A stretch of 64,000 nucleotides of DNA from Pelagibacteraceae bacterium AG-337-G06 (GTDB lineage: Bacteria > Pseudomonadota > Alphaproteobacteria > Pelagibacterales > AG-422-B15): contig QBZX01000004.1 in NCBI GenBank assembly GCA_003282175.1, forward strand, positions 71,853 to 135,852. The letters run 5' to 3'. The first letter of the stretch is position 1, and each line of letters begins with the position of its first letter. The position numbers and the translations under genes were made by a program. Positions 1 through 10,580 of the stretch are shown piece by piece. The notes under the pieces were generated by a model. That model searched no databases, was not told the DNA's origin, and worked only from the letters and a program-made list of their open reading frames with translations.

Positions 1-2
1 AA

Positions 3-1109
3 ATTGAGTCAGAAGGCCAGTCAAAAAAGATTGGCATTGAACGCTTGCACCTTGAACAAGATGCAGGAAAAAGTTTACATGATCAAGATCCAAATTTAAC
101 CTTCGTAGATTTAAATCGTTCTGGCATTGCTTTAATGGAAATTGTTTCCATGCCTGACATGAAGTCACCTGACGAGGCAGTAGAATATGTAAAGAAGGTG
201 CGTTCTATATTGCGTTACTTAGACACTTGTGATGGAAATATGGAGCAAGGTTCATTGAGAGCTGATGTGAACGTATCTGTAAATAAACCAGGGAATGATT
301 TGGGTACAAGGTGTGAGATCAAAAATTTGAATTCGTTTAAATATATTCATTCAGCAATTATTTATGAAGCAAAAAGACAAATTAGATTAATCGAGTCAGG
401 TGAAAATATTATTCAAGAAACTAGGTTGTATAATATTGACTCTGGAGAAACAAGATCAATGCGATCAAAAGAGGACGCGCATGATTATAGATATTTTCCT
501 GACCCAGATTTATTACCCCTTATTCTTGAGGATGATTGGATTAAAAAAATAAGAAGTTCCATTCCAGAACTGCCTGATCAGAAGAAAGAAAGATTTATTA
601 GAGAATATAGTCTTAGTGAATATGACTCTAGTGTTATTGTATCTGACAAATCAACAAGTGATTATTATGAAAAGGTTGTTAAAGATCGAAATCCTAAACT
701 TGTTACAACATGGGTAACTAGTGAACTATTTTCTGTTTTAAATAAAAAAAACCTATCTATTGATGAGAGTCCTATATCACCTAATCATTTAGGCGAATTA
801 ATTGACAATATCGATAATGGTAAAATTTCGAGTCGTCAGGCAAAAGAGATATTTGAGGAAATGTGCGAGACAGGAGAAAGTGCTAATAATATTATAAATG
901 AAAAAGGATTGTCTCAGATAAGTGATGAAGGCGAACTAGAAAAATTAGTTGATAATGTTATATCTTCAAATCCAGAAAATGTTGAAAAGTATAAGAATGG
1001 AAAAGATAAACTGTTTGGTTTTTTTGTAGGTGAGGCTATGAAGCTGTCAAAAGGAAAAGCAAATCCAAAAGTTTTAAATGAGCTTTTAAAAAGTAAATTA
1101 AATACTTAG
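3..1109 (+). CDS. gatB: Asp-tRNA(Asn)/Glu-tRNA(Gln) amidotransferase subunit B, 5' truncated by the window edge
   Basis: Frame is open from base 3 (IESEGQSKKIGIERLHLEQDAGK). Motifs DLNRSGIALMEIV, GSLRADVNVS, RCEIKNLNSF, DYRYFPDPDL and C-terminal GKANPK. Confidence 0.97.
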   Translation: MESEGQSKKIGIERLHLEQDAGKSLHDQDPNLTFVDLNRSGIALMEIVSMPDMKSPDEAVEYVKKVRSILRYLDTCDGNMEQGSLRADVNVSVNKPGNDLGTRCEIKNLNSFKYIHSAIIYEAKRQIRLIESGENIIQETRLYNIDSGETRSMRSKEDAHDYRYFPDPDLLPLILEDDWIKKIRSSIPELPDQKKERFIREYSLSEYDSSVIVSDKSTSDYYEKVVKDRNPKLVTTWVTSELFSVLNKKNLSIDESPISPNHLGELIDNIDNGKISSRQAKEIFEEMCETGESANNIINEKGLSQISDEGELEKLVDNVISSNPENVEKYKNGKDKLFGFFVGEAMKLSKGKANPKVLNELLKSKLNT

Positions 1110-1145
1110 ATTATTTAGAATATTTATAGTACTAATCTATTTATC

Positions 1146-1239
1146 GGAGAGATGGGTGAGTGGTTGAAACCGGCTCCCTGCTAAGGAGTTGTGCGGGCTT
1201 ATACCCGTACCGAGGGTTCGAATCCCTCTCTCTCCGCCA
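1146..1239 (+). tRNA. tRNA-Ser(GCT)
   Basis: GGAGAGA/TCTCTCC acceptor stem, anticodon arm GCTCC-CTGCTAA-GGAGT, long variable arm, GGTTCGAATCC T-loop, encoded CCA. Confidence 0.96.
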
Positions 1240-1248
1240 TATTTTGAT

Positions 1249-3363
1249 TTATATTTGTTTTTTTGTTGGCTTGATAACCGTTTTACCACCTGTGTAGGCT
1301 CTATTTAAATTTAAGTTTAGAGTATACTCAACAGGTAAAAGATCATTCTCAATAAATTCATACACTTGGATATTTTCCATAACTCTTTGCACATAATTTC
1401 TTGTTTCTTTAAATGGAATTAATTCTATCCAGTCTTCGCTTGTAATGTCGTCTTTTCTTGGGTCTCCGTATTTTTTTATCCATCGCGAAACACGAGACTC
1501 GCCTGCATTATAGGCAGCAAGCGATAATATGTATGAACCATTATAATTAGATAGTAGTTTGTCTAAGTAAGCACTTCCTAAAATTACATTATATTTTGGG
1601 TCTTCAGTAAGTTTACTTTTTGTATACTCCAACTTAAGTCCTTTAGATACTCTCTTTGCTGTGTAAGGCATTAATTGCATCAAGCCCTTAGCACCTGCAT
1701 AACTGCCTGCCTGGGGATCGAATTGACTTTCTTGCCTCGTGACAGAGTGTATTAAACTTTGAGGTGGAAATATAATTTTCTCAAATTTAGGTCTTTCAAC
1801 TTCAGGAAAACTTAATGGGTCAAGAAGAACATGATTATAATATAAAATCTTACCAGCTTGTACTGCGAAATCTTTTCTACCTAACTCGTTTGCAATTCTA
1901 ACAGACTTAATCGCAGTATTTAAATTTTCTCGATCAGCTAGATCCCATATAAATTTTTTTACGAGTTTAGATTTATCAAATTCATTTAGCAATGAAATAG
2001 CAAGGTAGATACTATTGGATATTTCTTGCTTTTCAGATGAAGCATTCTCTTTATTTGTCAGTTTGGGAGAAAATAAAATCTTATTATTCAGTTTTGATGC
2101 TGCAAGCTGGCCATAAAAAGTTAAGCTATATTGCGAAGCTTTTAAATATTCTTTTTGAGCATCAGCAGTTTTACCCAATGCATCGAGAGAGTTCCCCATC
2201 CAATAAGCAGCTCTTGCTTTTGAAATTGGTCTAGAAGATACATCCCAAATTTCTTTGAAATGTAGATATGCAGATTCGGGGTTTTCTAAAAATGTTAAAC
2301 TTATCCAACCTGCCATCCATTCTGCTTCAGCTATATCTTTATTTTCTTTTAAACCATGATTTATGGATAACTTGTAAGCTGTATTATACTCATGTCTATC
2401 GATGAGTTTTCTTATCAGGAAGTTTTTCTTTCCCCAAAATTTATCTGGCCTGACTAGTTTATTTGAGTCAGTATTGTTAATTTCTAATAAGAGATTCAAT
2501 GCACTATCGTATTTTCTTTTTTTAATTCTCCAATGTATCCTGTCATAAACAAGTCCTGGATCAGATTTTAATTGATCTGGTACTCTTTTGATCAAATCAT
2601 CTACTCCTCCAGCAAAAGAAATTAAACCAATTCGTGCCTCAAATAATTTTTGATAATCTTTATTTACATACTTAACAAGTCTTGATGCAGTTCTATATTT
2701 GCCATTCCAAAGAAGCTGCTCGATTCTTTTTTTATGATGATTTTCATCTAAAATTGTTTTAAAATTTTTTAATATTTGAGATTGTTCTTTTCTTGAGAAG
2801 CTCCCATCAGTATAACCTTGTATAATATATTTTTTCCCTTTTTCAATTTCTCCGTTATTCAAGAGAGCGTTTCCATAATAAATATTACCCCAACCAGTCT
2901 TGGGTTCAATTTTTTTAAAATGGTTTATTATTAATTGATGATTTTCTTTGAACGATATTTTTGACTCGCTTTTAATTTTTATTTTTTCAATTTCGGGCCA
3001 ATCATTATTTTGATCTATGTAATCTAGATAATTAGTAAAAGTAAGATTATTAGCTCCGTTATAATATTTTAGCCATTCAAGTGTATCCCTTGCTGTTTCA
3101 TTTTTAATATTAATTTGTATTCCTATGACACGATCCCACTTATAAGCATCAGCTTTATCAAGCGCCAACTTAAATAATTCAACATCTTTATTGCTAAGAA
3201 GTTGAGATAACTCAGGCTGAGTAGGTCTTTTAGTGGGATAGGAAAAGTTGACTGACTGAAAATTAATAAAGCCTATATCTCTTTTTTGTGGAAAGATTTC
3301 AGCATTAGCAAATGAAAGGCTAAAAAAAAAGAAAGATAATAGTAAAATAAAGTTTTTTTTCAC
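1249..3363 (-). CDS. Soluble lytic murein transglycosylase (Slt70-like)
   Basis: Signal peptide, long helical N-terminal region, SLT motifs RQES, AKGLMQLMP, AAYNAG and ETRNYVQRV. GTG start. Confidence 0.92.
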   Translation of the reverse strand: MKKNFILLLSFFFFSLSFANAEIFPQKRDIGFINFQSVNFSYPTKRPTQPELSQLLSNKDVELFKLALDKADAYKWDRVIGIQINIKNETARDTLEWLKYYNGANNLTFTNYLDYIDQNNDWPEIEKIKIKSESKISFKENHQLIINHFKKIEPKTGWGNIYYGNALLNNGEIEKGKKYIIQGYTDGSFSRKEQSQILKNFKTILDENHHKKRIEQLLWNGKYRTASRLVKYVNKDYQKLFEARIGLISFAGGVDDLIKRVPDQLKSDPGLVYDRIHWRIKKRKYDSALNLLLEINNTDSNKLVRPDKFWGKKNFLIRKLIDRHEYNTAYKLSINHGLKENKDIAEAEWMAGWISLTFLENPESAYLHFKEIWDVSSRPISKARAAYWMGNSLDALGKTADAQKEYLKASQYSLTFYGQLAASKLNNKILFSPKLTNKENASSEKQEISNSIYLAISLLNEFDKSKLVKKFIWDLADRENLNTAIKSVRIANELGRKDFAVQAGKILYYNHVLLDPLSFPEVERPKFEKIIFPPQSLIHSVTRQESQFDPQAGSYAGAKGLMQLMPYTAKRVSKGLKLEYTKSKLTEDPKYNVILGSAYLDKLLSNYNGSYILSLAAYNAGESRVSRWIKKYGDPRKDDITSEDWIELIPFKETRNYVQRVMENIQVYEFIENDLLPVEYTLNLNLNRAYTGGKTVIKPTKKQI

Positions 3364-3443
3364 AAGAATAAGATTGTTGTTTTGAAGGCGAGTATATTTA
3401 TGATTTATGTTTTTTTAAATAATTAAAAGTGTTAAAGTAAAAT

Positions 3444-4316
3444 ATGTTCAAAGGTGCCCATACTGCATTAATTACTCCTTTTAAAGGAGGTCAAATAGAC
3501 GAAGAGTCATTTAGATCATTTATTGACTTTCAAATTTCTGAGGGAATACATGGACTTGTTCCTGTTGGTACGACGGGTGAATCGCCTACGCTCAGTCATG
3601 AAGAGCATAAACTCGCTGTTGAGCTGTGTGTACAACAAGCAGATAAAAGAGTTCCAATAATTGCTGGAACAGGATCAAATAATACTGAAGAAGCAATTGA
3701 TTTAACGCAACATGCAGAAAGCGCGGGAGCGGATGCCGCTCTTGTTGTAACACCTTATTACAATAAGCCGACTCAAAAAGGCTTATACAGTCATTTTGAG
3801 GCTATTAGCAAAAGCACAAAGTTACCTATCATAATTTATAATATTCCAGGTAGATCAATTGTTGATATGTCCACTGAAACAATGAAGAGTTTATTTAAGA
3901 TTGAAAATATAGTTGGAGTTAAAGATGCTACTTCAAATATACCTAGAGTGTATGAATCTAAAACTGTTATAGGTGAAAAATTCAACCAGCTTACTGGAGA
4001 TGATGCCACAACGCTTGCTTTTATGACTTATGGTGGACATGGATCAATATCGGTCACATCAAACATTGCTCCTAAATTATGTTCCCAATTTATGCAACTT
4101 TGTCTAAGTAAAGACTTTGCAGAAGCGGCAGAGATAAATGATAAATTGATGCCTCTTCATCATGCTCTTTTTGTTGAGTCGAGCCCTGGACCAGTAAAAT
4201 ATGCGGCATCTAAATTAGGTCTTTGTGGTGAAGAGATACGGCTGCCTCTTACTTTAATTTCCGATGAGACAAAAGTCTTAGTTGATAAAGCACTAAAACA
4301 CGCTTCGTTGATATAA
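3444..4316 (+). CDS. dapA: 4-hydroxy-tetrahydrodipicolinate synthase
   Basis: GTTGES, TPYYNKP, YNIPGR and GVKDA motifs. Confidence 0.97.
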   Translation: MFKGAHTALITPFKGGQIDEESFRSFIDFQISEGIHGLVPVGTTGESPTLSHEEHKLAVELCVQQADKRVPIIAGTGSNNTEEAIDLTQHAESAGADAALVVTPYYNKPTQKGLYSHFEAISKSTKLPIIIYNIPGRSIVDMSTETMKSLFKIENIVGVKDATSNIPRVYESKTVIGEKFNQLTGDDATTLAFMTYGGHGSISVTSNIAPKLCSQFMQLCLSKDFAEAAEINDKLMPLHHALFVESSPGPVKYAASKLGLCGEEIRLPLTLISDETKVLVDKALKHASLI

Positions 4317-4318
4317 TC

Positions 4319-4753
4319 TTGCAAATAGCAGTCCAAAATAGAAAAGCTAGATACAATTACTCTTTCATTGAATTATTCGAGGCTGGTATTCAATTGCAAG
4401 GAAGCGAAATTAAATCACTTCGTAATGGCCGAGTTGAAATCGCTGAATCATACGCGCGTGAAGAAGATAACGAAATATTTTTAATCAACTCTCATTTTTC
4501 AAAGTATTCAAATGCATCATATTTAAATCATATAGAGAATCGTCCTAGAAAATTATTATTAAATAGAAAAGAAATTCAAAAAATAATTGGCAAGTTAAAT
4601 AAAGAGTCTCTAACTTTAGTGCCACTAAAAATTTATTTTAACAAAAAGGGTATTGCAAAACTTGAAATTGCTCTAGCTAAAGGAAAAAAAATACATGATA
4701 AAAGGGATGCTAAGAAAAGAAAAGATTGGGTCAGAGAAAGAAAAAAATTATAA
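4319..4753 (+). CDS. smpB: SsrA-binding protein
   Basis: [28 protein letters not shown] and [14 protein letters not shown] start. Confidence 0.96.
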   Translation: MQIAVQNRKARYNYSFIELFEAGIQLQGSEIKSLRNGRVEIAESYAREEDNEIFLINSHFSKYSNASYLNHIENRPRKLLLNRKEIQKIIGKLNKESLTLVPLKIYFNKKGIAKLEIALAKGKKIHDKRDAKKRKDWVRERKKL

Positions 4754-5271
4754 TGATTTATATAATTGGTTTAGGTTCTAATATTCCATCAAAGTATGGT
4801 GATAAACTTCAGACATTAAAGTTTGCAATGTTAGAATTAGAAAAAAATAATATAAAAATATTAAAAAAATCATATTTATACTCATCTGCGCCTCAGAATT
4901 TCTTATCTGCTGCAGACAATTTTATTAATGCGGCTATCATGGTTGAAACCATTCAGAAGCCACTAATGTTACTAAATTGTCTAAAGAAGATTGAGCGAAT
5001 GACAGGCCGAAATGCTTACAAGCAAAATACATCAAGAACGTGTGATTTAGATATATTAATGGCAAAACCATTTATTAATTTCTTTATTAAAGACCATATA
5101 AATTATTTAGAAATCCCACATCCTAAATTAATAGAGAGAGATTTTGTATTAAGGCCAATGAGCGATATATGTCCTAACTGGGTGCACGTTAAAAAAAACA
5201 GTACAATTAAGAGTCTTGCAAAAAGCTTAGGATCTAGCAGTAAGCTATATAAGCTCAAGGAATATCTTTAA
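4753..5271 (+). CDS. folK: 2-amino-4-hydroxy-6-hydroxymethyldihydropteridine diphosphokinase
   Basis: IGLGSN, FINAA, RTCDLDIL and IPHP motifs. Start placed at ATG 4753, which overlaps the smpB TAA (TAATG). Confidence 0.92.
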   Translation: MIYIIGLGSNIPSKYGDKLQTLKFAMLELEKNNIKILKKSYLYSSAPQNFLSAADNFINAAIMVETIQKPLMLLNCLKKIERMTGRNAYKQNTSRTCDLDILMAKPFINFFIKDHINYLEIPHPKLIERDFVLRPMSDICPNWVHVKKNSTIKSLAKSLGSSSKLYKLKEYL

Positions 5272-5326
5272 TCGCGGAATTATTTAATACTTCACTTCAT
5301 GAATAATGTATGATTAAAAGTGCATT

Positions 5327-7456
5327 ATGAGCAAAATCGAACTCCTAGATAGATCTAAAAAAAGTAGTTTTAGCTTGAATTCAAAGCTAATCGAGGAGGC
5401 TTATCAATTTGCTCTTGAATCACATAAAAGCCAAAAAAGATATTCAGGCGATCCATATATTTCTCACCCAGTAGCAGTAGCTGATATTTTGTTAAATTTA
5501 AAATTAGATACATCAACTATAATCACAGGCTTATTGCATGATACTTTAGAAGATACTCTAGCAACTGAGCATGAAATTAAAGAAAAGTTTGGAGATGAAG
5601 TAGCTGTTTTAGTAAATGGTGTTACAAAGCTATCAAAAATTGAAACTTATACTGAAAATAAATTTCAGGCTGAAAACTTTCGAAAACTTATTCTTGCAAT
5701 GTCAAAAGATATAAGAGTGTTGCTCGTTAAGTTAGCAGATCGTTTGCATAACATGAGAACTATCCAATTTATTCCTCAAGAAAAAAGAAGACACAGAATA
5801 GCATCTGAAACACTTGAAATCTATGCTCCATTAGCTGGAAGATTAGGCATGCACGAATTTAAGGATGAGTTGGAAGATTTATCATTTCAAATTTTAAATC
5901 CATCAGCTTATTCATCTTTATCAACTCGTATAGAGTACCTAAAGAAAGATAAATCAAATCTTACCGATAAGATCAAATCACGAATTGGAGAATTATTAAG
6001 CAAAAACCAAATTGGCTATGAAATAATTGGACGCGAAAAAAAGTTATACTCTGTTTGGAATAAAATGCAAAATAAGCAAATCGCCTTTAGGCAACTTTCA
6101 GATATTTTTGCCTTCAGAATTGTTACCAAAAGCATTGATGATTGCTATCGAATTTTGGGAATAATACATAATCGCTGGTCTGCGGTCCCTGGTTCCTTTA
6201 AAGACTATATTTCTACACCTAAAATAAATAATTATCAGTCAATTCATTCAACAATTGTAGGCCCAGAAAGACAACGTGTTGAGTTGCAAATTAGAACTAC
6301 AGAAATGGATGTTATAGCTGATAAAGGCATCGCTGCGCATTGGAGTTATAAAGAAAATTATAACCTAATTGATAATTCCTCATCAGACCCTGTAAATGTG
6401 ACTTGGCTGAGAGATCTAGTCGAAATACTCGATAGTGGCGGATCATCTGAGGAGTTAATGGAAGCAACTAAATTAGAAATGTTTCAAGATCAGGTATTTT
6501 GTTTCACGCCAAAAGGAGATTTAATTCATCTTCCTTCAAATTCAAATTCAATTGATTTTGCATATGCATTGCATTCAGAAATTGGGAATAGGTGTGTGGG
6601 ATGTAAGATTAATGGTAAACCAAAGCCATTATATACGAAATTACAAAATGGTGATGAAATTGAAATTTTAACATCTAAAAATCCATCTCCTTCAGAAACC
6701 TGGGAAAATATTGTTACGACTGCAAAAGCTCAATCATCAATAAAAAGATTTTTTAAAAAACAGGAAAAAGATGAGTTTGTTACTTTAGGAATGAAAATCT
6801 TACAAAAAATTTTAAAAAAGGATGCAGATATATCTATTGCAGAGCTGGAGGGTTATTCAAAGAAATTCAATAGAAAAAACCCCGACGATTTTTTAATATC
6901 CATTGGAAAGGGCAATATTAGACCCAGAGAACTTGAAAAGATAAAATCAAAATCGCGTCTATCGTTTTTCTCTCGATATAGAAAAACGAATTCACTGGAT
7001 AAAACTCCCCTCGAAATAAGTGATTTTCAACCAGGTATAGCAATTCATTTTGCTGAGTGTTGTTTCCCGTTACCACATGAAAATATTATAGGAATTACAT
7101 CTGAAGACTCAGGTATTTTCATTCATTCAAATCAATGCAATGCAATTGATAAAGAATATAAAAAAGAAGATTGGATTTCAGCATCCTGGAAAGACGTTGA
7201 TCCAGAGCAATTTTTTTCTTCCAGAATTAAAGTTTCTGTGAAAAACGAACCAGGGTCACTTGGAACTCTCGCTACTATTGTTGGGACTGAAAAAGGTAAT
7301 ATTACACATTTAAATATATCAGAAAAGGGTGAAGACTTTTTTGATATGATTTTTGTAATTGAGGTACATGACTTAGTGCATCTTGATAAAATAATAAATG
7401 TTCTTGCTGAAGTAGAGAATGTGAGTTCAGTAAATAGATTGTTGCTAGACCTATGA
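5327..7456 (+). CDS. spoT: Bifunctional (p)ppGpp synthetase/hydrolase, long RSH
   Basis: HD motif LLHDTLEDT, VKLADRLHNMRT, synthetase KDYI..PK..NYQSIH and ELQIRT, TGS domain, CC zinc-finger region and ACT domain. Confidence 0.95.
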   Translation: MSKIELLDRSKKSSFSLNSKLIEEAYQFALESHKSQKRYSGDPYISHPVAVADILLNLKLDTSTIITGLLHDTLEDTLATEHEIKEKFGDEVAVLVNGVTKLSKIETYTENKFQAENFRKLILAMSKDIRVLLVKLADRLHNMRTIQFIPQEKRRHRIASETLEIYAPLAGRLGMHEFKDELEDLSFQILNPSAYSSLSTRIEYLKKDKSNLTDKIKSRIGELLSKNQIGYEIIGREKKLYSVWNKMQNKQIAFRQLSDIFAFRIVTKSIDDCYRILGIIHNRWSAVPGSFKDYISTPKINNYQSIHSTIVGPERQRVELQIRTTEMDVIADKGIAAHWSYKENYNLIDNSSSDPVNVTWLRDLVEILDSGGSSEELMEATKLEMFQDQVFCFTPKGDLIHLPSNSNSIDFAYALHSEIGNRCVGCKINGKPKPLYTKLQNGDEIEILTSKNPSPSETWENIVTTAKAQSSIKRFFKKQEKDEFVTLGMKILQKILKKDADISIAELEGYSKKFNRKNPDDFLISIGKGNIRPRELEKIKSKSRLSFFSRYRKTNSLDKTPLEISDFQPGIAIHFAECCFPLPHENIIGITSEDSGIFIHSNQCNAIDKEYKKEDWISASWKDVDPEQFFSSRIKVSVKNEPGSLGTLATIVGTEKGNITHLNISEKGEDFFDMIFVIEVHDLVHLDKIINVLAEVENVSSVNRLLLDL

Positions 7457-8037
7457 AAAATGAAAAAGAAATAATTAGTTTTTTTGAAAATTCTGGAGCT
7501 CTACAACATGGTCACTTTATTCTTTCGTCAGGAAAAAGATCTAAAATGTATTTTCAATGTTCAAAGCTATTTGTTAACCCCAACGATGGCCTAACTGTTT
7601 GTGAGGAACTTAAAAATAAAATTCTCAAAAAGATAGAGACTAAAATTGATTGCATAGTTTCACCTGCCTTAGGAGGGGTTTTGGTTGGATATCAACTTGC
7701 CCAAACCTTAGGGTGTGATTTCATATTCTATGAGCGGTCTGAAAATGAATTTGAATTAAGAAGGGGTTTTGATTTAAAAAAAGGAAGTAATATCTTATTC
7801 GTTGAAGATGTAATAACTACTGGCAAATCAACGAAAGAGTGTCTTGATAAAATAAATTTACTGGAAGTAAACTTAAAAGGAATAGCATCAATAGTTGACA
7901 GAACTACAGAAGAAGTATTTGAAAATTTTGATATTATATCATTGTTAAAGCTTGATATCCCAATATTCGAACCCGAAAACCTTCCTAAAGAACTAGCTAA
8001 TATTCCAGCAATTAAACCAGGAAGCAGAAAATTTTAA
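7453..8037 (+). CDS. pyrE: Orotate phosphoribosyltransferase
   Basis: GHFILSSGKRS and PRPP motif VEDVITTGKS; conserved position after spoT. Confidence 0.93.
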   Translation: MKNEKEIISFFENSGALQHGHFILSSGKRSKMYFQCSKLFVNPNDGLTVCEELKNKILKKIETKIDCIVSPALGGVLVGYQLAQTLGCDFIFYERSENEFELRRGFDLKKGSNILFVEDVITTGKSTKECLDKINLLEVNLKGIASIVDRTTEEVFENFDIISLLKLDIPIFEPENLPKELANIPAIKPGSRKF

Positions 8038-8038
8038 T

Positions 8039-8779
8039 ATGATGAATTTGCCAAGGCTAGGAGTAAACATCGATCATGTTGCGACTCTAAGAAATGCAAG
8101 GGGAGAGAATTATCCAAGTCCTGTTAAAGCTGCAAAAATATGTGAAGAATTTGGCGCCGATGGCATTACAGCTCATCTTCGCGAGGATAGAAGACATATA
8201 AAAGATGAAGATATTTTCGAACTTAAAGCAAATATATCATTGCCATTAAACTTTGAAATGGCCCCAACACTAGAAATGCTTGACATAGCATTAAAAGTAA
8301 AGCCAAACGCATGTTGTATTGTTCCTGAGAAGCGAGAAGAAGTAACCACAGAGGGCGGAATCGATGTTAAAAAAAATCATAATTTACTTCATACTATTAT
8401 TCCAAAACTAAAACAGAGCGGTATAAAAGTGTCTTTATTTGTTGACGCTGATGAAGAGCAAATTATTGCATCAAAAGACATTCAAGCCGATATTGTAGAA
8501 ATTCACGCAGGAGAGTTTTGTAGAAAAATAGAAAATTCTCACGATTTTGAAGATAATTTAGAAAGAATAAAAAAGGCCTCTCAATTAGCTGATAATTTAG
8601 GATTAGAAGTACATATAGGTCATGGGATTACCTTTGACTCAATAGTTGAATTAGCAAAAATACCTGAAGTAAAGGAATTTAATATTGGTCATTTTATAAT
8701 AGCCGAAGCTATATTTTCTGGATTAGGGGAAACTGTAAGTAAACTTAAAGTTCTTATAAAAGAAAATAGAGACTCATAA
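8039..8779 (+). CDS. pdxJ: Pyridoxine 5'-phosphate synthase
   Basis: LGVNIDHVATLRNAR, HLREDRRHI, VPEKREEVTTEGG, GHG and NIGH. Confidence 0.97.
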   Translation: MMNLPRLGVNIDHVATLRNARGENYPSPVKAAKICEEFGADGITAHLREDRRHIKDEDIFELKANISLPLNFEMAPTLEMLDIALKVKPNACCIVPEKREEVTTEGGIDVKKNHNLLHTIIPKLKQSGIKVSLFVDADEEQIIASKDIQADIVEIHAGEFCRKIENSHDFEDNLERIKKASQLADNLGLEVHIGHGITFDSIVELAKIPEVKEFNIGHFIIAEAIFSGLGETVSKLKVLIKENRDS

Positions 8780-9160
8780 ATGAAAGGCATTGGTTCAGAT
8801 TTAATTGATATACGCAGAATAGATAAAACTATATCCAGATTTGGTGATCGGTTTAAGAAGAGAATATTTACAGATAATGAAATTAAAAAGTGTGAACAAA
8901 GAAAACAAAGTGTCCCCTGTTACGCAAAGAGATTTGCTGCAAAAGAAGCTGCAGCTAAGGCACTAGGCACTGGTTTCCGCAAAGGTGTTTATTGGCGAGA
9001 TATAGAGATTGTAAATGAACCATCGGGCAAGCCGACTCTTGAGTTTCACGGAAAATCGAAATCACATTTATTAAATTTAGTTTTAGACAATGATTATACT
9101 ATCAATTTGTCAATTACTGACGAATTTCCATATGCACAAGCAATTGTAACTATTAATTAA
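8780..9160 (+). CDS. acpS: Holo-ACP synthase
   Basis: GIGSDLIDI, AKRFAAKEA..KALGTG and LSITD. Confidence 0.96.
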   Translation: MKGIGSDLIDIRRIDKTISRFGDRFKKRIFTDNEIKKCEQRKQSVPCYAKRFAAKEAAAKALGTGFRKGVYWRDIEIVNEPSGKPTLEFHGKSKSHLLNLVLDNDYTINLSITDEFPYAQAIVTIN

Positions 9161-9163
9161 CCA

Positions 9164-9898
9164 ATGAGTGATAAAAAAATAAATGCATCTTGGATCAAAT
9201 CTAATTTGTTAACACTTTTCTATGCACTTGTAATTGCATTGATTATTAGAACCTTTTTAATACAGCCATTTTTTATACCTTCTTCATCAATGGAACCCAA
9301 TTTATTAGTTGGTGACAGACTTTTTGCTTCAAAATTTGATTACGGTTACAGTAAGCATTCATTTCCTTTTAGCTTAGGTCCTATATCCAATCGAATATTT
9401 TCAAATGTTCCAGACAGGGGTGACGTGATAATATTCAAGCCTCCACATACAAATTTAGACTATATTAAAAGATTGATCGGACTACCAGGGGATCGAATTG
9501 AAGTTCGAAATGGTAATTTGATTATTAACAGTAACTTACTTGAGTATGAAAATATCCGCGAGGACTCGAAAGTTCTTAAAAATGGACGAGTAATAAAAAT
9601 AAACGTTTTAAAAGAAACTTTGCCAAATGGTATTTCTTACGAAATTTATAATTATTTAGATGGATCTCCTGGTGACAATACAAAGGAATTCGTAGTGCCA
9701 GAAAACCATTATTTTTTTATGGGCGATAATAGAGATAACTCAAATGATAGTAGGTTTTGGGGCACGGTTGAATTCAACAGGTTAGTTGGCAAGGCTCAAA
9801 TAATTTTTTTTTCAACAGAAGATGGATCAACTATTCTTGAATTTTGGAAATGGCCATTTGATATCCAATTTAATAGATTGCTGAAATTAATAAATTAG
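9164..9898 (+). CDS. lepB: Signal peptidase I
   Basis: N-terminal TM, IPSSSMEPNL (catalytic Ser), YIKRLIGLPGD (Lys) and MGDNRDNSNDSR. Confidence 0.96.
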   Translation: MSDKKINASWIKSNLLTLFYALVIALIIRTFLIQPFFIPSSSMEPNLLVGDRLFASKFDYGYSKHSFPFSLGPISNRIFSNVPDRGDVIIFKPPHTNLDYIKRLIGLPGDRIEVRNGNLIINSNLLEYENIREDSKVLKNGRVIKINVLKETLPNGISYEIYNYLDGSPGDNTKEFVVPENHYFFMGDNRDNSNDSRFWGTVEFNRLVGKAQIIFFSTEDGSTILEFWKWPFDIQFNRLLKLIN

Positions 9899-9905
9899 TT
9901 AAGCA

Positions 9906-10580
9906 ATGGAAAAAGATTTATCATTACTTGAAAAAAAAATTAAATATAAATTTAAAGATATCAGTCTACTTAAATTAGCTTTGACTCATTCAAGCTTTGA
10001 AAAAACTCTCAATAATGAGAACCTTGAGTTTTTAGGTGATCGCGTGTTGGGTTTAGTGATAGCTGAAAAACTAATTAAAGATTACCCTAGTGCCGACGAA
10101 GGTTCTTTAGATAAGATGCTTAGTAGTTTAGTTAATAGAAATACATGTTTTATTGTTGCCAATAATCTAGCATTAGGTGATTTCATACTGCTGGGGAGCA
10201 CAGAAAGATCATCTTTAGGTAATAAAAAGAAGAGCATCTTGTCTAATGCTTGTGAGTCAATTCTTGGTGCTGTATATCGAGATTCAGATTTCGTTATAGT
10301 AAAGAAATTGATACTAGAACTATGGCGTGAGCATATTCATAATATTGATCAAAATTTAATTGATCCAAAATCTTTTTTGCAAGAATGGACATTAAAGAAA
10401 TACAAAAAACTTCCAGAATATAAGACTTTATCTAAAGAAGGTCCTGATCATGAGCCAATTTTTGAAATTGAATTAAAATTTATGAATTATAAAAAGGCTT
10501 TTAGTAAAGCCAGATCGATAAAAGAAGCAGAAAAACTTGCAGCTGAGTCATTCATTCAAATAAATAAAATTATTCAATAA
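9906..10580 (+). CDS. rnc: Ribonuclease III
   Basis: ALTHSS, LEFLGDRVL, dsRBD DPKSFLQEW..GPDH; lepB-rnc-era context. Confidence 0.94.
   Translation: MEKDLSLLEKKIKYKFKDISLLKLALTHSSFEKTLNNENLEFLGDRVLGLVIAEKLIKDYPSADEGSLDKMLSSLVNRNTCFIVANNLALGDFILLGSTERSSLGNKKKSILSNACESILGAVYRDSDFVIVKKLILELWREHIHNIDQNLIDPKSFLQEWTLKKYKKLPEYKTLSKEGPDHEPIFEIELKFMNYKKAFSKARSIKEAEKLAAESFIQINKIIQ

Noticed and set aside
4250-4800. tmRNA gene near smpB
   Set aside because: No space and no tRNA-like ends; smpB is directly flanked by dapA and folK.
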